This document shows, piece after piece, positions 54,914 to 62,710 of a DNA stretch of 64,000 nucleotides. The DNA comes from an uncultured Planctomycetales bacterium (GTDB lineage Bacteria; Planctomycetota; SZUA-567; JAFGNG01). The DNA lies in contig CAZOBJ010000001.1 in assembly GCA_964577825.1 (NCBI GenBank), positions 11,421 through 75,420 of the forward strand, read 5' to 3'. Every line of letters starts with the position of its first letter. Within the stretch, counting starts at the first letter, position 1. The notes under the pieces were generated by a model. That model worked only from the letters and a program-made list of their open reading frames with translations, was not told the origin of the DNA and did not search any database. Made by a program: the position numbers and the translations under genes.

Positions 54914-56085
54914 TCCTCCATTCCGGCCAGTGTGTGCAGGCAGTTGCGCAGTGCGCCGCGTACGGCGGTCCTCGCGGCGCTCTCCTCGGATGATGTACGG
55001 TCCGGCTTCAGGCCGCGGGCGGACGCCGAGGCATTGGCCAGCGGGCTGCCGTCCCGGGGGTCGAACGCCGTCACGGTGCACTCGACGCGGGCCTCGAAGG
55101 CCCGCAGGCCGTATGCCTCGATCCAGCCTCTGGCGGCCACAGTGCGGAGCCGCACGGCAAGCAGCCAGTCCGCCTCGGCCTCGATGGCGGCGACGCGGAG
55201 ATGGCTCAGCGCTGCGGGGTCCTCGATCCATGCCCTGGCCATTGCCGGCGCCGCGTCGTCCGTTGGCCGGGGCTCGACCACGAAGTACGCCGACCTCCCG
55301 GTCAGGTCGGGGAAGACGCCCTCCAGCCGCTCCAGGCGCTCCGCGATGCGCGTGAGGGCCGCCTCGTCCTCGGTCAGGTCTAGGGCCGCCTCCAGTACGA
55401 GGGCCGCCCGGTCGGGCATTCCCGCCTCCTCGTGGGCTCGGGCCAGCGTCAGCCGCACCGGCGCGGGCGCGTCGGGCTGCTCGTCGAGCAGCCCATCCAG
55501 GACCTCTGCCGCATCGCCCGGCCGGCCCTCGCCCAGCAGGTCGATGGCGCGCTCCAGGTCAACCGCCACCCGCGTGAGGCGGCGGATGTTGCGCTCATAC
55601 TCCTCCCGCGGGTATCCCGCGAGCACGTAGTACTTGTAGCGGACGAAGGAACGGCTGAGCAGGCCCGGATCGACGTGCCACTTCTCCCAGTAGCTTTCCT
55701 TCTGGGCGACGCCGCGAATGCTCTGCCGCACGCTGGTCCGCAGTTCGCGCACGTACTCGGCGTCGTTGGTGTCACTGCCTCGGGGTGCATAGCCGCGCTC
55801 GCGGATGGTCTCCTGGCTTAGGACCTCGACCTCGGTCTGGCGCAGCGCGGCGGCCTGCTCCCGCGCGTGCTCCATGGCCCGACTGCGCATGGCCCGCTCA
55901 TCCAGCACGTTCCTGCCGACGGCGAGGCCGACCAGCAGCATTTCGGTGTCCGTGTCGGCCGGCGTGCGGGTCACCCATTCGGGCGTCGTCCTGGACTGGC
56001 CCTGAAGCGTCTCGGATGCGCACGAAACCGTCAGCGCGCACGAGACGACGCACGCGATGAGCTGCGTGTACCGGCGTGCCGTCAT
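54910..56085 (-). CDS. lipoprotein: LPP20-like N-terminal domain + helical (TPR-like) linker + C-terminal domain of unknown function
   Basis: The start is ATG 56085 (MTARRYTQLIACVVSCALTVSCAS). Residues ~30-190 are paralogous to the upstream 181-aa lipoprotein (PEWVTRTP / PIWVVQTP, RAMEHAREQ / RAMEDVRDQ, YWEKWHV / YWEKWKV, KYYV, YER). Confidence 0.6.
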   Translation of the reverse strand: MTARRYTQLIACVVSCALTVSCASETLQGQSRTTPEWVTRTPADTDTEMLLVGLAVGRNVLDERAMRSRAMEHAREQAAALRQTEVEVLSQETIRERGYAPRGSDTNDAEYVRELRTSVRQSIRGVAQKESYWEKWHVDPGLLSRSFVRYKYYVLAGYPREEYERNIRRLTRVAVDLERAIDLLGEGRPGDAAEVLDGLLDEQPDAPAPVRLTLARAHEEAGMPDRAALVLEAALDLTEDEAALTRIAERLERLEGVFPDLTGRSAYFVVEPRPTDDAAPAMARAWIEDPAALSHLRVAAIEAEADWLLAVRLRTVAARGWIEAYGLRAFEARVECTVTAFDPRDGSPLANASASARGLKPDRTSSEESAARTAVRGALRNCLHTLAGMEE

Positions 56086-56116
56086 GGCCAGGTCCCCGGA
56101 TGCAGAGTACGGGCCG

Positions 56117-56662
56117 TCAGGCCCCACGCTCCAGGTCGGCCGCTACGTTCTCGGCGAGCGCCTTGAGCAGGCGCTCGTAGATCGCCTTCGGCATGACCGC
56201 CTTGACGTAGTACTTGTATTTCGTGTAGCCGAAGAGGCCGAAGCCCTGCTTGACCTTCCATTTCTCCCAATAGTGCGCGTCCTGCTTGACCCCCGGCATG
56301 GCCTGGTCAACTCTGCTCTTGACCTCGGCAGTGTAGGCCGCATTGTCGACGTCCTTGCCCAGGTGCGGGGCGCCCCTCTGTTCGACGATGTCGATAGCCT
56401 CGCGGACCATGTCGGTCTGGAGGGAGGAGGCTATCTGGTCCCGCACGTCCTCCATGGCGCGGTTGCGGGCGTTCTTCTCGTCAAGGATGTTGTCAGCCAG
56501 GGACATGCCGACGAACACCTTGCTTTCCTGCGTATCCTCCGGGGTCTGTACCACCCAGATGGGCGGCCCCGGGTGACTGGATTCGAGCCTCTTCTCGTAG
56601 GTGCAGCCTGCGAGGGCCGCGGCACAGACCAGCACGGCCAGGACACCGATCCTGCCTTTCAT
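56117..56662 (-). CDS. LPP20-like lipoprotein
   Basis: A strong SD (GGAGAAGGAGG) and a perfect lipobox (ALAGC) are present. The architecture resembles H. pylori Lpp20 as I recall it: a P-x-WV motif, then a helical A/R/Q-rich segment, then a C-terminal beta segment. Confidence 0.6.
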   Translation of the reverse strand: MKGRIGVLAVLVCAAALAGCTYEKRLESSHPGPPIWVVQTPEDTQESKVFVGMSLADNILDEKNARNRAMEDVRDQIASSLQTDMVREAIDIVEQRGAPHLGKDVDNAAYTAEVKSRVDQAMPGVKQDAHYWEKWKVKQGFGLFGYTKYKYYVKAVMPKAIYERLLKALAENVAADLERGA

Positions 56663-56748
56663 AGTGCCACCTCCTTCTCCAGCAAGTCACGTTGCGATTC
56701 CGGACGCAACTGCCGCGCGTCCCCGCATTTGCACGGCGCGCTCCAACA

Positions 56749-56777
56749 ACTGTATGGGCTGGGTCGGGCATTGTCAA
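56749..56777 (-). promoter_or_regulatory. putative promoter of the lipoprotein operon
   Basis: On the minus strand: a perfect TTGACA (56777-56772), a 17-nt spacer, then TACAGT (56754-56749), about 85 nt upstream of ATG 56662. Confidence 0.4.
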
Positions 56778-56869
56778 CACCTCATCCGGGCCGACCGTGC
56801 CCCGGTGCTTGTGTTCCGCCCGGGGACCGGGTACATTTCCCGCTCCGCATTGTTGGGAGAGGAGCACAC

Positions 56870-57709
56870 ATGATCTGGGGTTACGCCGGTGTCTGGCCGG
56901 GGGAGTTCAGGGTCTGGGAAGGCGATCCGTCGATGAACCAGTTGCGGTTCATCATCGAGCATGGGTTCCAGTCCACGGGCTTCAATCTCTCGGAGATGCG
57001 CGATCCCGCGCGCCGGGACGAGGTGGCGGCGCTGGTCGAGCAGCACGACCTTCGGCTCACGGCTCACGCGCACGTCAGGTGGTTCGATCCGGACGTCGAC
57101 GAGGCGAGGCGCCAGACGGACGCCTTCCTGGAGGACCTGGCCGCCTACGGCGACCTGCTGCGCGTCCCCATCGTCACCATGGTGGCCGGGCGGTGCCACC
57201 GCTTCATGGACAGCCCGTCCCTGGCGGAGCAGATGGACTGCCTGGCGCAAGTCCTGCCGTACGCGGCGCAGGCGTGCTACGAGATGGGCCGCCCGCTGGG
57301 CATCGAGAACCACGGCGACTACTATTGCAGCGACCTCGTCGAGCTTTGCCAGAGGGTCCCCCACCTGGGCATCTTCCTGGACACGGGGAACACTTACCTG
57401 ATAGGCGAGAAGAGCATCCCCGCCTGTCGCGAGGCCGCGCCCTACACCATCGGCACGCACTTCAAGGACCACTACGTGCATCCCGAGCCGCAGGACGGGC
57501 TGAAGTTCGTCATCGGGGGCGCCCCGCTCGGCGAGGGCCACGTCGGCCTGGAACAGGTCTACAGGGACCTGCTGGACCTGGCGCCCGAGCCGGACAAGCT
57601 GGTGATGCACTGGGAGATGGTGCCGCCGAAGGGCATGGACGGGTTCGAGTGCCTGGAGCGGAGCTGGCGATTCGTGCGGCGGATCACGGGCCAGCCGGAG
57701 GCCGCGTAA
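56870..57709 (+). CDS. sugar phosphate isomerase/epimerase (xylose-isomerase-like TIM barrel)
   Basis: The start is ATG 56870 after GGGAGAGGAG. LGIENHGDYYCS, IFLDTGN and THFKD are typical AP-endonuclease-2 / XI-like TIM-barrel metal-site segments. The upstream 271 aa of ORF 56057.. are antisense to the lipoprotein gene. Confidence 0.75.
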   Translation: MIWGYAGVWPGEFRVWEGDPSMNQLRFIIEHGFQSTGFNLSEMRDPARRDEVAALVEQHDLRLTAHAHVRWFDPDVDEARRQTDAFLEDLAAYGDLLRVPIVTMVAGRCHRFMDSPSLAEQMDCLAQVLPYAAQACYEMGRPLGIENHGDYYCSDLVELCQRVPHLGIFLDTGNTYLIGEKSIPACREAAPYTIGTHFKDHYVHPEPQDGLKFVIGGAPLGEGHVGLEQVYRDLLDLAPEPDKLVMHWEMVPPKGMDGFECLERSWRFVRRITGQPEAA

Positions 57710-57724
57710 GGGAGCCGAGCGCAT

Positions 57725-58840
57725 TCACCAATCGGCCACCGAACCGTCCTCGTGCCAGAGCCGCGGGTTCTCCCACGAGCCGTCGTAGAGCTTCTCCTCC
57801 AGGGCCTCCTCGTCGATCTCAATGCCGAGCCCGGGCGCCGTCGGCACGTCCACGTGGCCCTTCGAGACGACGAAGGGCGTCTTCAGGTAGCCCTCGCCGA
57901 GGCAGACCTGCTCCTGGCAGAGGAAGTTGGGCGTGCAGGCGTCCAGTTGCAGTGAAGCGGCCAGCGCGATCGGCCCGAGGGGGCAGTGGGGCGCCACTGC
58001 CGCGTAGCAGGCCTCCGCCATGGCGGCGATCTTGCGCACCTCGAAGATGCCGCCCGCGTGAGAGAGGTCCGGTTGGAGGATCGCCGCGGCGCGCTTCTCG
58101 AGCACCTCTCGGAACGCCCACTTCGTGAAGAGCCGCTCCCCCGTAGCGATCGGCACGGTCGTGCTCCGGGCGATCCCCGCCAGGGCGTCCACGTCCCCGG
58201 GCAGGCAGGGCTCCTCGACGAACATCGGGCGGTACGGCTCCAGGGCCTTGATGAGTTGCAGGGCGAGCGCGGGGCTCACGCGGCCGTGGAAGTCAATGCC
58301 GATGTCCACCTCCGCTCCCACGGCCTCGCGGAGGGCGGCGATCCGGGCGACGGCCTCCCGCACGAACTCCCCGCTCTCGACGAACCGCGCTGCGCCGAAG
58401 GGGGCCGTCTTGACGGCCGTTATTCCTGCGGCAGCGGCCTCCCGTCCCGACGCGGCATATTCGTCGGGGCTCTTGCCGTGGACGTGGCCGTAGACCCGTA
58501 TCCTGTCGCGCACGGCCCCGCCGAGGAGTTGGTAAACAGGCACGCCGAGCCACTTGCCCGTGATGTCCCACATCGCCTGCTCGATGCCGCTGAGGGCGCT
58601 CGTCAGGACCGGGCCGCCCCGATAGAAGCCGCCCCGGTAGATGGCCTGCCAGTGTCGCTCGATGCGGCGCGGGTCCTTGCCGATGAGGTAGCGCCCCATC
58701 TCCTGGACGGCGGCCGCGGTGCTGCGCGACCAGCCCTCGACGACCGGCTCGCCCCAGCCGGCGATCCCCTCGTCCGTGTGGGCCTTCAGGAACACCCAGC
58801 GGGGCCTGACGTAGAAAGTCTCAAGCTTTGTGATCTTCAC
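57725..58840 (-). CDS. dgoD: D-galactonate dehydratase (enolase superfamily)
   Basis: The protein is near-colinear with E. coli DgoD as I recall it (MKITK...RWVFLK..TDEG..GWGEPV.EG..., QPDLSHAGGI, APHCPLGPIALAA, C-terminal HEDGSVADW). It has a GTG start at 58840. Confidence 0.9.
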   Translation of the reverse strand: MKITKLETFYVRPRWVFLKAHTDEGIAGWGEPVVEGWSRSTAAAVQEMGRYLIGKDPRRIERHWQAIYRGGFYRGGPVLTSALSGIEQAMWDITGKWLGVPVYQLLGGAVRDRIRVYGHVHGKSPDEYAASGREAAAAGITAVKTAPFGAARFVESGEFVREAVARIAALREAVGAEVDIGIDFHGRVSPALALQLIKALEPYRPMFVEEPCLPGDVDALAGIARSTTVPIATGERLFTKWAFREVLEKRAAAILQPDLSHAGGIFEVRKIAAMAEACYAAVAPHCPLGPIALAASLQLDACTPNFLCQEQVCLGEGYLKTPFVVSKGHVDVPTAPGLGIEIDEEALEEKLYDGSWENPRLWHEDGSVADW

Positions 58841-58938
58841 AGGCCGTCTCCCAGCAAACAGGGCAGGGCCGTTGCCTTCCCGATGCCCGACGGGGAGCCC
58901 GTGACGATGATGGCCTTTCCCTCGAACCGCTTGTCCAT
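58837..58938 (-). pseudogene. 33-codon remnant of a short-chain dehydrogenase/reductase N-terminus, stop overlapping the dgoD start
   Basis: This feature is not in the ORF track because it is under 60 aa. ATG 58938 follows AAGGGAG and encodes MDKRFEGKAIIVTGSPSGIGKATAL-PCLLGDGL*. The first 25 aa are a classic SDR Rossmann start (TGxxxGIG). Similarity is lost thereafter, and TGA overlaps the dgoD GTG (GTGA). Confidence 0.45.
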
Positions 58939-59115
58939 GCCTTTGCGCTCCCTTCGCTGGCGGGTCCGGAGCCGTGCGGACCGGACACCGGGGAGGTTAT
59001 ACCGGCGCCGCAAGCGGCCAGCAAGTGCGCCCCGCCCGGCGGCGCTTTCCTTGAACGGGCGGACGAAAGCAGTTAGTCTGCCACGTCGTGTTGGTCATCG
59101 GGCCGGCTGTGAGGG

Positions 59116-59781
59116 ATGAGGACCATGTTTGACGAGCAGATCGCGAGCAGGATCGAGAAATGCGGCGTCGTGGCCGTTCTGACGGTCGAGCGGCCGGAGG
59201 ACGCCGCCCCCCTGGCGCGGGCGCTGCTGGAGGGCGGCGTCGAGGCGATGGAGCTGACGCTGCGCACGGAGGCTGCCGTCGAGGCCCTCAAGGCCGTCGT
59301 CGCCGAGGTGCCTGAGATGCTGGCGGGGGTCGGCACGGTGCTGACGCCCGAGCAGGTAGCGCTCGTCAGCCAGGCCAGGGCGGCCTTCGCGGTGGCGCCC
59401 GGGACTAACCCGCGCGTCATCGAGGCCGCGCGCGAGCTGGGCCTCTCTTTCGCGCCCGGCGTGGCGACGCCGTCGGACGTCGAGCGCGCGTTGGAGTTCG
59501 GGTGCCGCACGCTCAAGTTCTTCCCCGCCGAACGTATCGGCGGCCTGCCTTACCTGAAGAGCATGGCTGCCCCGTACGCCCACCTCGGTCCGCGCTTCAT
59601 GCCGCTCGGGGGCGTCAACGCGGACAATATGTCCGACTACCTGACCAGCCCGCTGATACTGGCCGTGGGCGGCTCGTGGATAGCCCCGAAAGACGGCATC
59701 CGCAACCGCGACTGGCCGGGCATCGCACGGACGGCCCGCGAGGCGACCGCAATCGTCCGGCGCGTGCGCGGCTCCGGCTGA
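59116..59781 (+). CDS. eda: 2-dehydro-3-deoxy-phosphogluconate / -phosphogalactonate aldolase (KDPG/KHG aldolase family)
   Basis: VVAVLTVERPEDAAPLARALLEGGVEAMELTLRT...GVGTVL...LKFFPAE...GGV is Eda/DgoA-like. ATG 59125 is an alternative start. Confidence 0.88.
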   Translation: MRTMFDEQIASRIEKCGVVAVLTVERPEDAAPLARALLEGGVEAMELTLRTEAAVEALKAVVAEVPEMLAGVGTVLTPEQVALVSQARAAFAVAPGTNPRVIEAARELGLSFAPGVATPSDVERALEFGCRTLKFFPAERIGGLPYLKSMAAPYAHLGPRFMPLGGVNADNMSDYLTSPLILAVGGSWIAPKDGIRNRDWPGIARTAREATAIVRRVRGSG

Positions 59782-59810
59782 CCGCCAACTTTCAGAAAGG
59801 CGCGGCTGCA

Positions 59811-60902
59811 ATGAGCAAGATAGTCACGTTCGGCGAAATTATGGCCAGGATGGCGGCGCCGGGGTTCCTGCGCTTCGGGCAGACGATGCCCGGGCGCATG
59901 GACGTGACGTTCGCCGGCGCGGAGGCCAACGTCGCCGCGTCCGTCGTCCTGCTGGGCGGCGAGGCGGCTTTCGTCACGGCCCTGCCGGCCAATCCCCTCG
60001 CCGACGCCTGCCTGGCCTCCCTGCGCGCCGTCGGCGTTGACGTGTCGCACGTCCTGCGCCGGGACGAGGGCCGGCTCGGCCTCTACTTCCTCGAAACCGG
60101 CGCCAACCAGAGGCCCAGCCGGGTCGTCTATGACCGCGCCGGCTCGACCGTCTCGCTGACGCCCGCCGACGCCTACCCGTGGGCGGAGGTCTTCGCGGGC
60201 GCCGGCTGGTTCCACGTCACCGGCATCACGCCTGCTATCTCGAAGTGCGCCGCCGACGCGACGCTCGCCGCTGTCCAGGCCGCCAGGGCCGCCGGCCTGA
60301 CCGTCTCCTGCGACCTGAACTTCCGCAAGAAGCTCTGGCGGTGGGAGCCGGGCACGGAGCCCCGCGCCCTCGCCGAAAGGGCGATGCGCCGCGTGCTGCC
60401 GTTCGTTGACCTCGTCGTAGCCAACGAGGAGGACGCCGCCAAAGTCCTCTCCATCGAGGCCGAAGAGACGGACGTCGAGGCCGGCCGCCTCGCCGTCGAG
60501 CGCTACCCCGAGGTCGCCCGCGCCGTCGTCGCCCAGTTCGCCAACGTCAGCCGCGTCGGCATCACCCTGCGCGAGAGCGTCTCGGCCTCGCACAACAACT
60601 GGGGCGCCATGCTCTACGACGCCGCCGAGGACGCCGCCTACTTCGCCCCGACCGAGGGCGGCGCATATCGGCCCTACCAGATCAGGAACATCGTGGACCG
60701 CGTCGGCGGCGGGGACGCCTTCGCGGCGGGGCTCATCCACGCGCTGATGACGCCCGAACTCGCCGCGCCCGGGACGGCCGTTGCCTTCGCCGCGGCGTCG
60801 TCCTGCCTGGCGCACTCCATCCTGGGGGATCTCAACGTGTCGAGCCGCGCCGAGGTCGAGGCGCTCATGAAGGGGTCCGGCTCGGGCCGCGTCGTCCGCT
60901 GA
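59811..60902 (+). CDS. kdgK: PfkB-family 2-dehydro-3-deoxy-gluconate/galactonate kinase
   Basis: The start is ATG 59811 (MSKIVTFGEIMARM). The C-terminal PfkB motif VDRVGGGDAFAAGLI is present. The context sits between an aldolase and a dehydratase. Confidence 0.8.
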   Translation: MSKIVTFGEIMARMAAPGFLRFGQTMPGRMDVTFAGAEANVAASVVLLGGEAAFVTALPANPLADACLASLRAVGVDVSHVLRRDEGRLGLYFLETGANQRPSRVVYDRAGSTVSLTPADAYPWAEVFAGAGWFHVTGITPAISKCAADATLAAVQAARAAGLTVSCDLNFRKKLWRWEPGTEPRALAERAMRRVLPFVDLVVANEEDAAKVLSIEAEETDVEAGRLAVERYPEVARAVVAQFANVSRVGITLRESVSASHNNWGAMLYDAAEDAAYFAPTEGGAYRPYQIRNIVDRVGGGDAFAAGLIHALMTPELAAPGTAVAFAAASSCLAHSILGDLNVSSRAEVEALMKGSGSGRVVR

Positions 60903-60944
60903 GGCGCGCCGCTCCGGCCGACCCCCATGCGAAGGGAGGCGGGG

Positions 60945-62075
60945 ATGAAGATAACCGGCATCCGCACGTTCCTCATCGGCAATCCGTGGAAGAACTGGGT
61001 GATCGCGCGCGTCGAGACGGACGAGGGCCTCAGCGGCCTCGGCGAGGCCACGTCCCCGACGGCCGGGGCGCTGGCGGCCGAACTGAAGGAACTGAGCCGC
61101 TTCGTCGTCGGCATGGACCCCCGCGAGCCCGTGCGCGTCTATGAGGCGATGTACAAGGGCGTCTTCCTGCGCAACACCCCCGGCATCTGCGCCATCGAGA
61201 TCGCCTGCTGGGACATCCTGGGCAAGAGCCTCGGTGCGCCGCTCTGGCGGCTTCTCGGCGGCAGGGCGCAGGGCCGGCTCCGCGCCTACGCCAACGGCTG
61301 GTACAAGTGCCCCCGCGAGCCCGCCGCTTTCGCCGAACGCGCCGTCGCCGTGAAGGAGATGGGCTACACGGCCCTGAAGTTCGACCCCTTCGGCGCGGCC
61401 TACCTCGACCTCGACACGGCCGAACAGAAGCTCTCGCTCTCGCTGGTGCGGGCCGTGCGCGACGCCGTGGGGGAGGGCGTGGACCTGCTGATCGAGGGGC
61501 ACGACCGCTTCAGCACGAGCACGGCGGTCCGGGTCGGCCGGGCGTTGGAGGAGTTCCGTCCGGCGTGGTTCGAGACCCCCGTGCACTCGGCGGATCTCAA
61601 GGCCACGGTCGAGGTTGCGCGGGCGATCCCGGTGCCGGTGGCCAGCGGGGAGCGCCTCTCGCGTCTGAGCGAGTTCGCCGACCTGCTCGCGCCGAGGGCC
61701 GTTTCCATCGTCCAGCCGGAGCCGTTGCGTTGCGGGGGCGTGGGCGGCACGGTGCGGGTGGCGGCGCTGGCCCGGGCGCACGGCGCGCTGGTCGCCTGCC
61801 ACCAGGCGCAGAGCCCCCTGAGCACCGCCCTGAACGCCCACCTGCACGCTGCCATGCCGAACTTCATGATCCAGGAGTGCTTCGACGACTTCCTGGAGCC
61901 CTGGGCGCGGGACCTGTTCCCCGGCGTGCCGCGCGTGGTGGACGGCTGCATCGAGCCGCCCGACGCATCCGGCATCGGCGTCGAGCTGAACGAGGAAGAG
62001 GCCGCCCGGCACCCGTATGGCGAGGACAAGTTCATCCGCCTCTTCGAGCCCGGCTGGGAGCGCCGCCGGCGCTAG
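60945..62075 (+). CDS. mandelate racemase/muconate lactonizing enzyme-family acid-sugar dehydratase (second enolase-superfamily member)
   Basis: The start is MKITGIRTFLIGNPWKNWVIARVETDEGLSGLGEAT. Metal-ligand regions are present (LIEGHDRF, SGERL, IVQPEPLRCGG). The substrate cannot be assigned by eye. Confidence 0.8.
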   Translation: MKITGIRTFLIGNPWKNWVIARVETDEGLSGLGEATSPTAGALAAELKELSRFVVGMDPREPVRVYEAMYKGVFLRNTPGICAIEIACWDILGKSLGAPLWRLLGGRAQGRLRAYANGWYKCPREPAAFAERAVAVKEMGYTALKFDPFGAAYLDLDTAEQKLSLSLVRAVRDAVGEGVDLLIEGHDRFSTSTAVRVGRALEEFRPAWFETPVHSADLKATVEVARAIPVPVASGERLSRLSEFADLLAPRAVSIVQPEPLRCGGVGGTVRVAALARAHGALVACHQAQSPLSTALNAHLHAAMPNFMIQECFDDFLEPWARDLFPGVPRVVDGCIEPPDASGIGVELNEEEAARHPYGEDKFIRLFEPGWERRRR

Positions 62076-62225
62076 TGGCCCGTTCAACCGATAACCTTGC
62101 ACTCCGGGCCCACCCCCGGCGAGACGCCGGGGGCTACCCATAGGGGTAGGCGGGGCGTCTCGCCCCGCTGCCTGGTTCAGACATAACTCGCAAAACGCAA
62201 GGTGACTTCCTCATCAGGCCACTAG
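62072..62225. repeat. palindromic/structured element bounded by 9-bp inverted repeats (possible second MITE-like element)
   Basis: CTAGTGGCC (62072-62080) and GGCCACTAG (62217-62225) are exact inverted repeats, each containing TA. A bipartite hairpin lies inside: GGCGAGACGCC at 62118-62128 pairs with GGCGTCTCGCC at 62154-62164, and an inner CTACCC/GGGTAG stem spans 62134-62149. The left end resembles the 44863 MITE end in 12 of 16 positions. Confidence 0.4.
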
Positions 62226-62319
62226 GCGACGGCCAGGGCACAACGCCCGGAGCCGCCGCTCCCGCTGCGGGCCCTGTCCGGGCGGACAATTTGTCAAAGA
62301 GCATCACCCCACCACAGGC

Positions 62320-62351
62320 CCCAGGGATGCCGTTCCTGGGAGTTTTGTTTT
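62320..62351 (+). terminator. intrinsic-terminator-like hairpin plus T-tract
   Basis: CCCAGG (62320-62325) pairs with CCTGGG (62335-62340), and the stem is extendable by A-U/G-U pairs. It is followed by AG-TTTTGTTTT (62343-62351). T-runs like this are rare in this G+C-rich sequence. Confidence 0.45.
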
Positions 62352-62532
62352 GTCAGGAGCCTTTACTGGGGGGTGACAAGACGGACATGCCAAGCCGCGC
62401 CCAAAGGCGCGCGGGGTGGATAGTCGACGGTTGATAGTTGACAGTTAACGACGCGTGTGCCCTGATCGTTCTCGAAGGATGTTGTTTGTTTCTTGTTGCT
62501 TGCTGTCTGTTCTCTCGTTCCGCTGCGTTGTG

Positions 62533-62559
62533 CCTTCGTGTTCTTCGTGTCCTTCGTGG
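62533..62559. repeat. 3 x 9-bp tandem repeat (YCTTCGTGK) inside an 82-nt A-free tract
   Basis: CCTTCGTGT / TCTTCGTGT / CCTTCGTGG are contiguous at 62533-62559. The plus strand has no A at all from 62480 to 62561. Confidence 0.8.
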
Positions 62560-62710
62560 TGAAAGCCCTTGCCGTTCCATTCCGCATTCCCCGATCCACA
62601 TTCGCATCGCCGCTGCCTTCCCTCAATCCTCATGCCTGCCGTACGGCGGACCGTGGCCTACCGTTCCCGTTGCTGCCTTTCGTCGTTACTTCGGACTTCA
62701 GCCTTCTGCC

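Noticed and set aside
54914-55231. Upstream 106 aa of ORF 54260..55231
   Set aside because: This part overlaps the 391-aa lipoprotein gene. The signal peptide and lipobox begin at ATG 54913, which overlaps that gene's stop.
59637-62141. 834-aa minus-strand ORF
   Set aside because: It is antisense to eda, kdgK and the enolase-superfamily dehydratase, all confidently recognised on the plus strand.
62533-62559. CRISPR array
   Set aside because: The three 9-bp units are contiguous, with no spacers, which is far from CRISPR repeat/spacer geometry. No cas genes are in the window.
62415-62600. Chromosomal replication origin (oriC), suggested by two DnaA-box-like 9-mers in a low-G+C intergenic region
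   Set aside because: There are only two boxes, each a 7/9 match. There are no dnaA/dnaN/gidA-type neighbours and no clear AT-rich unwinding 13-mers. This is kept only as a minor note inside the repeat-tract finding.
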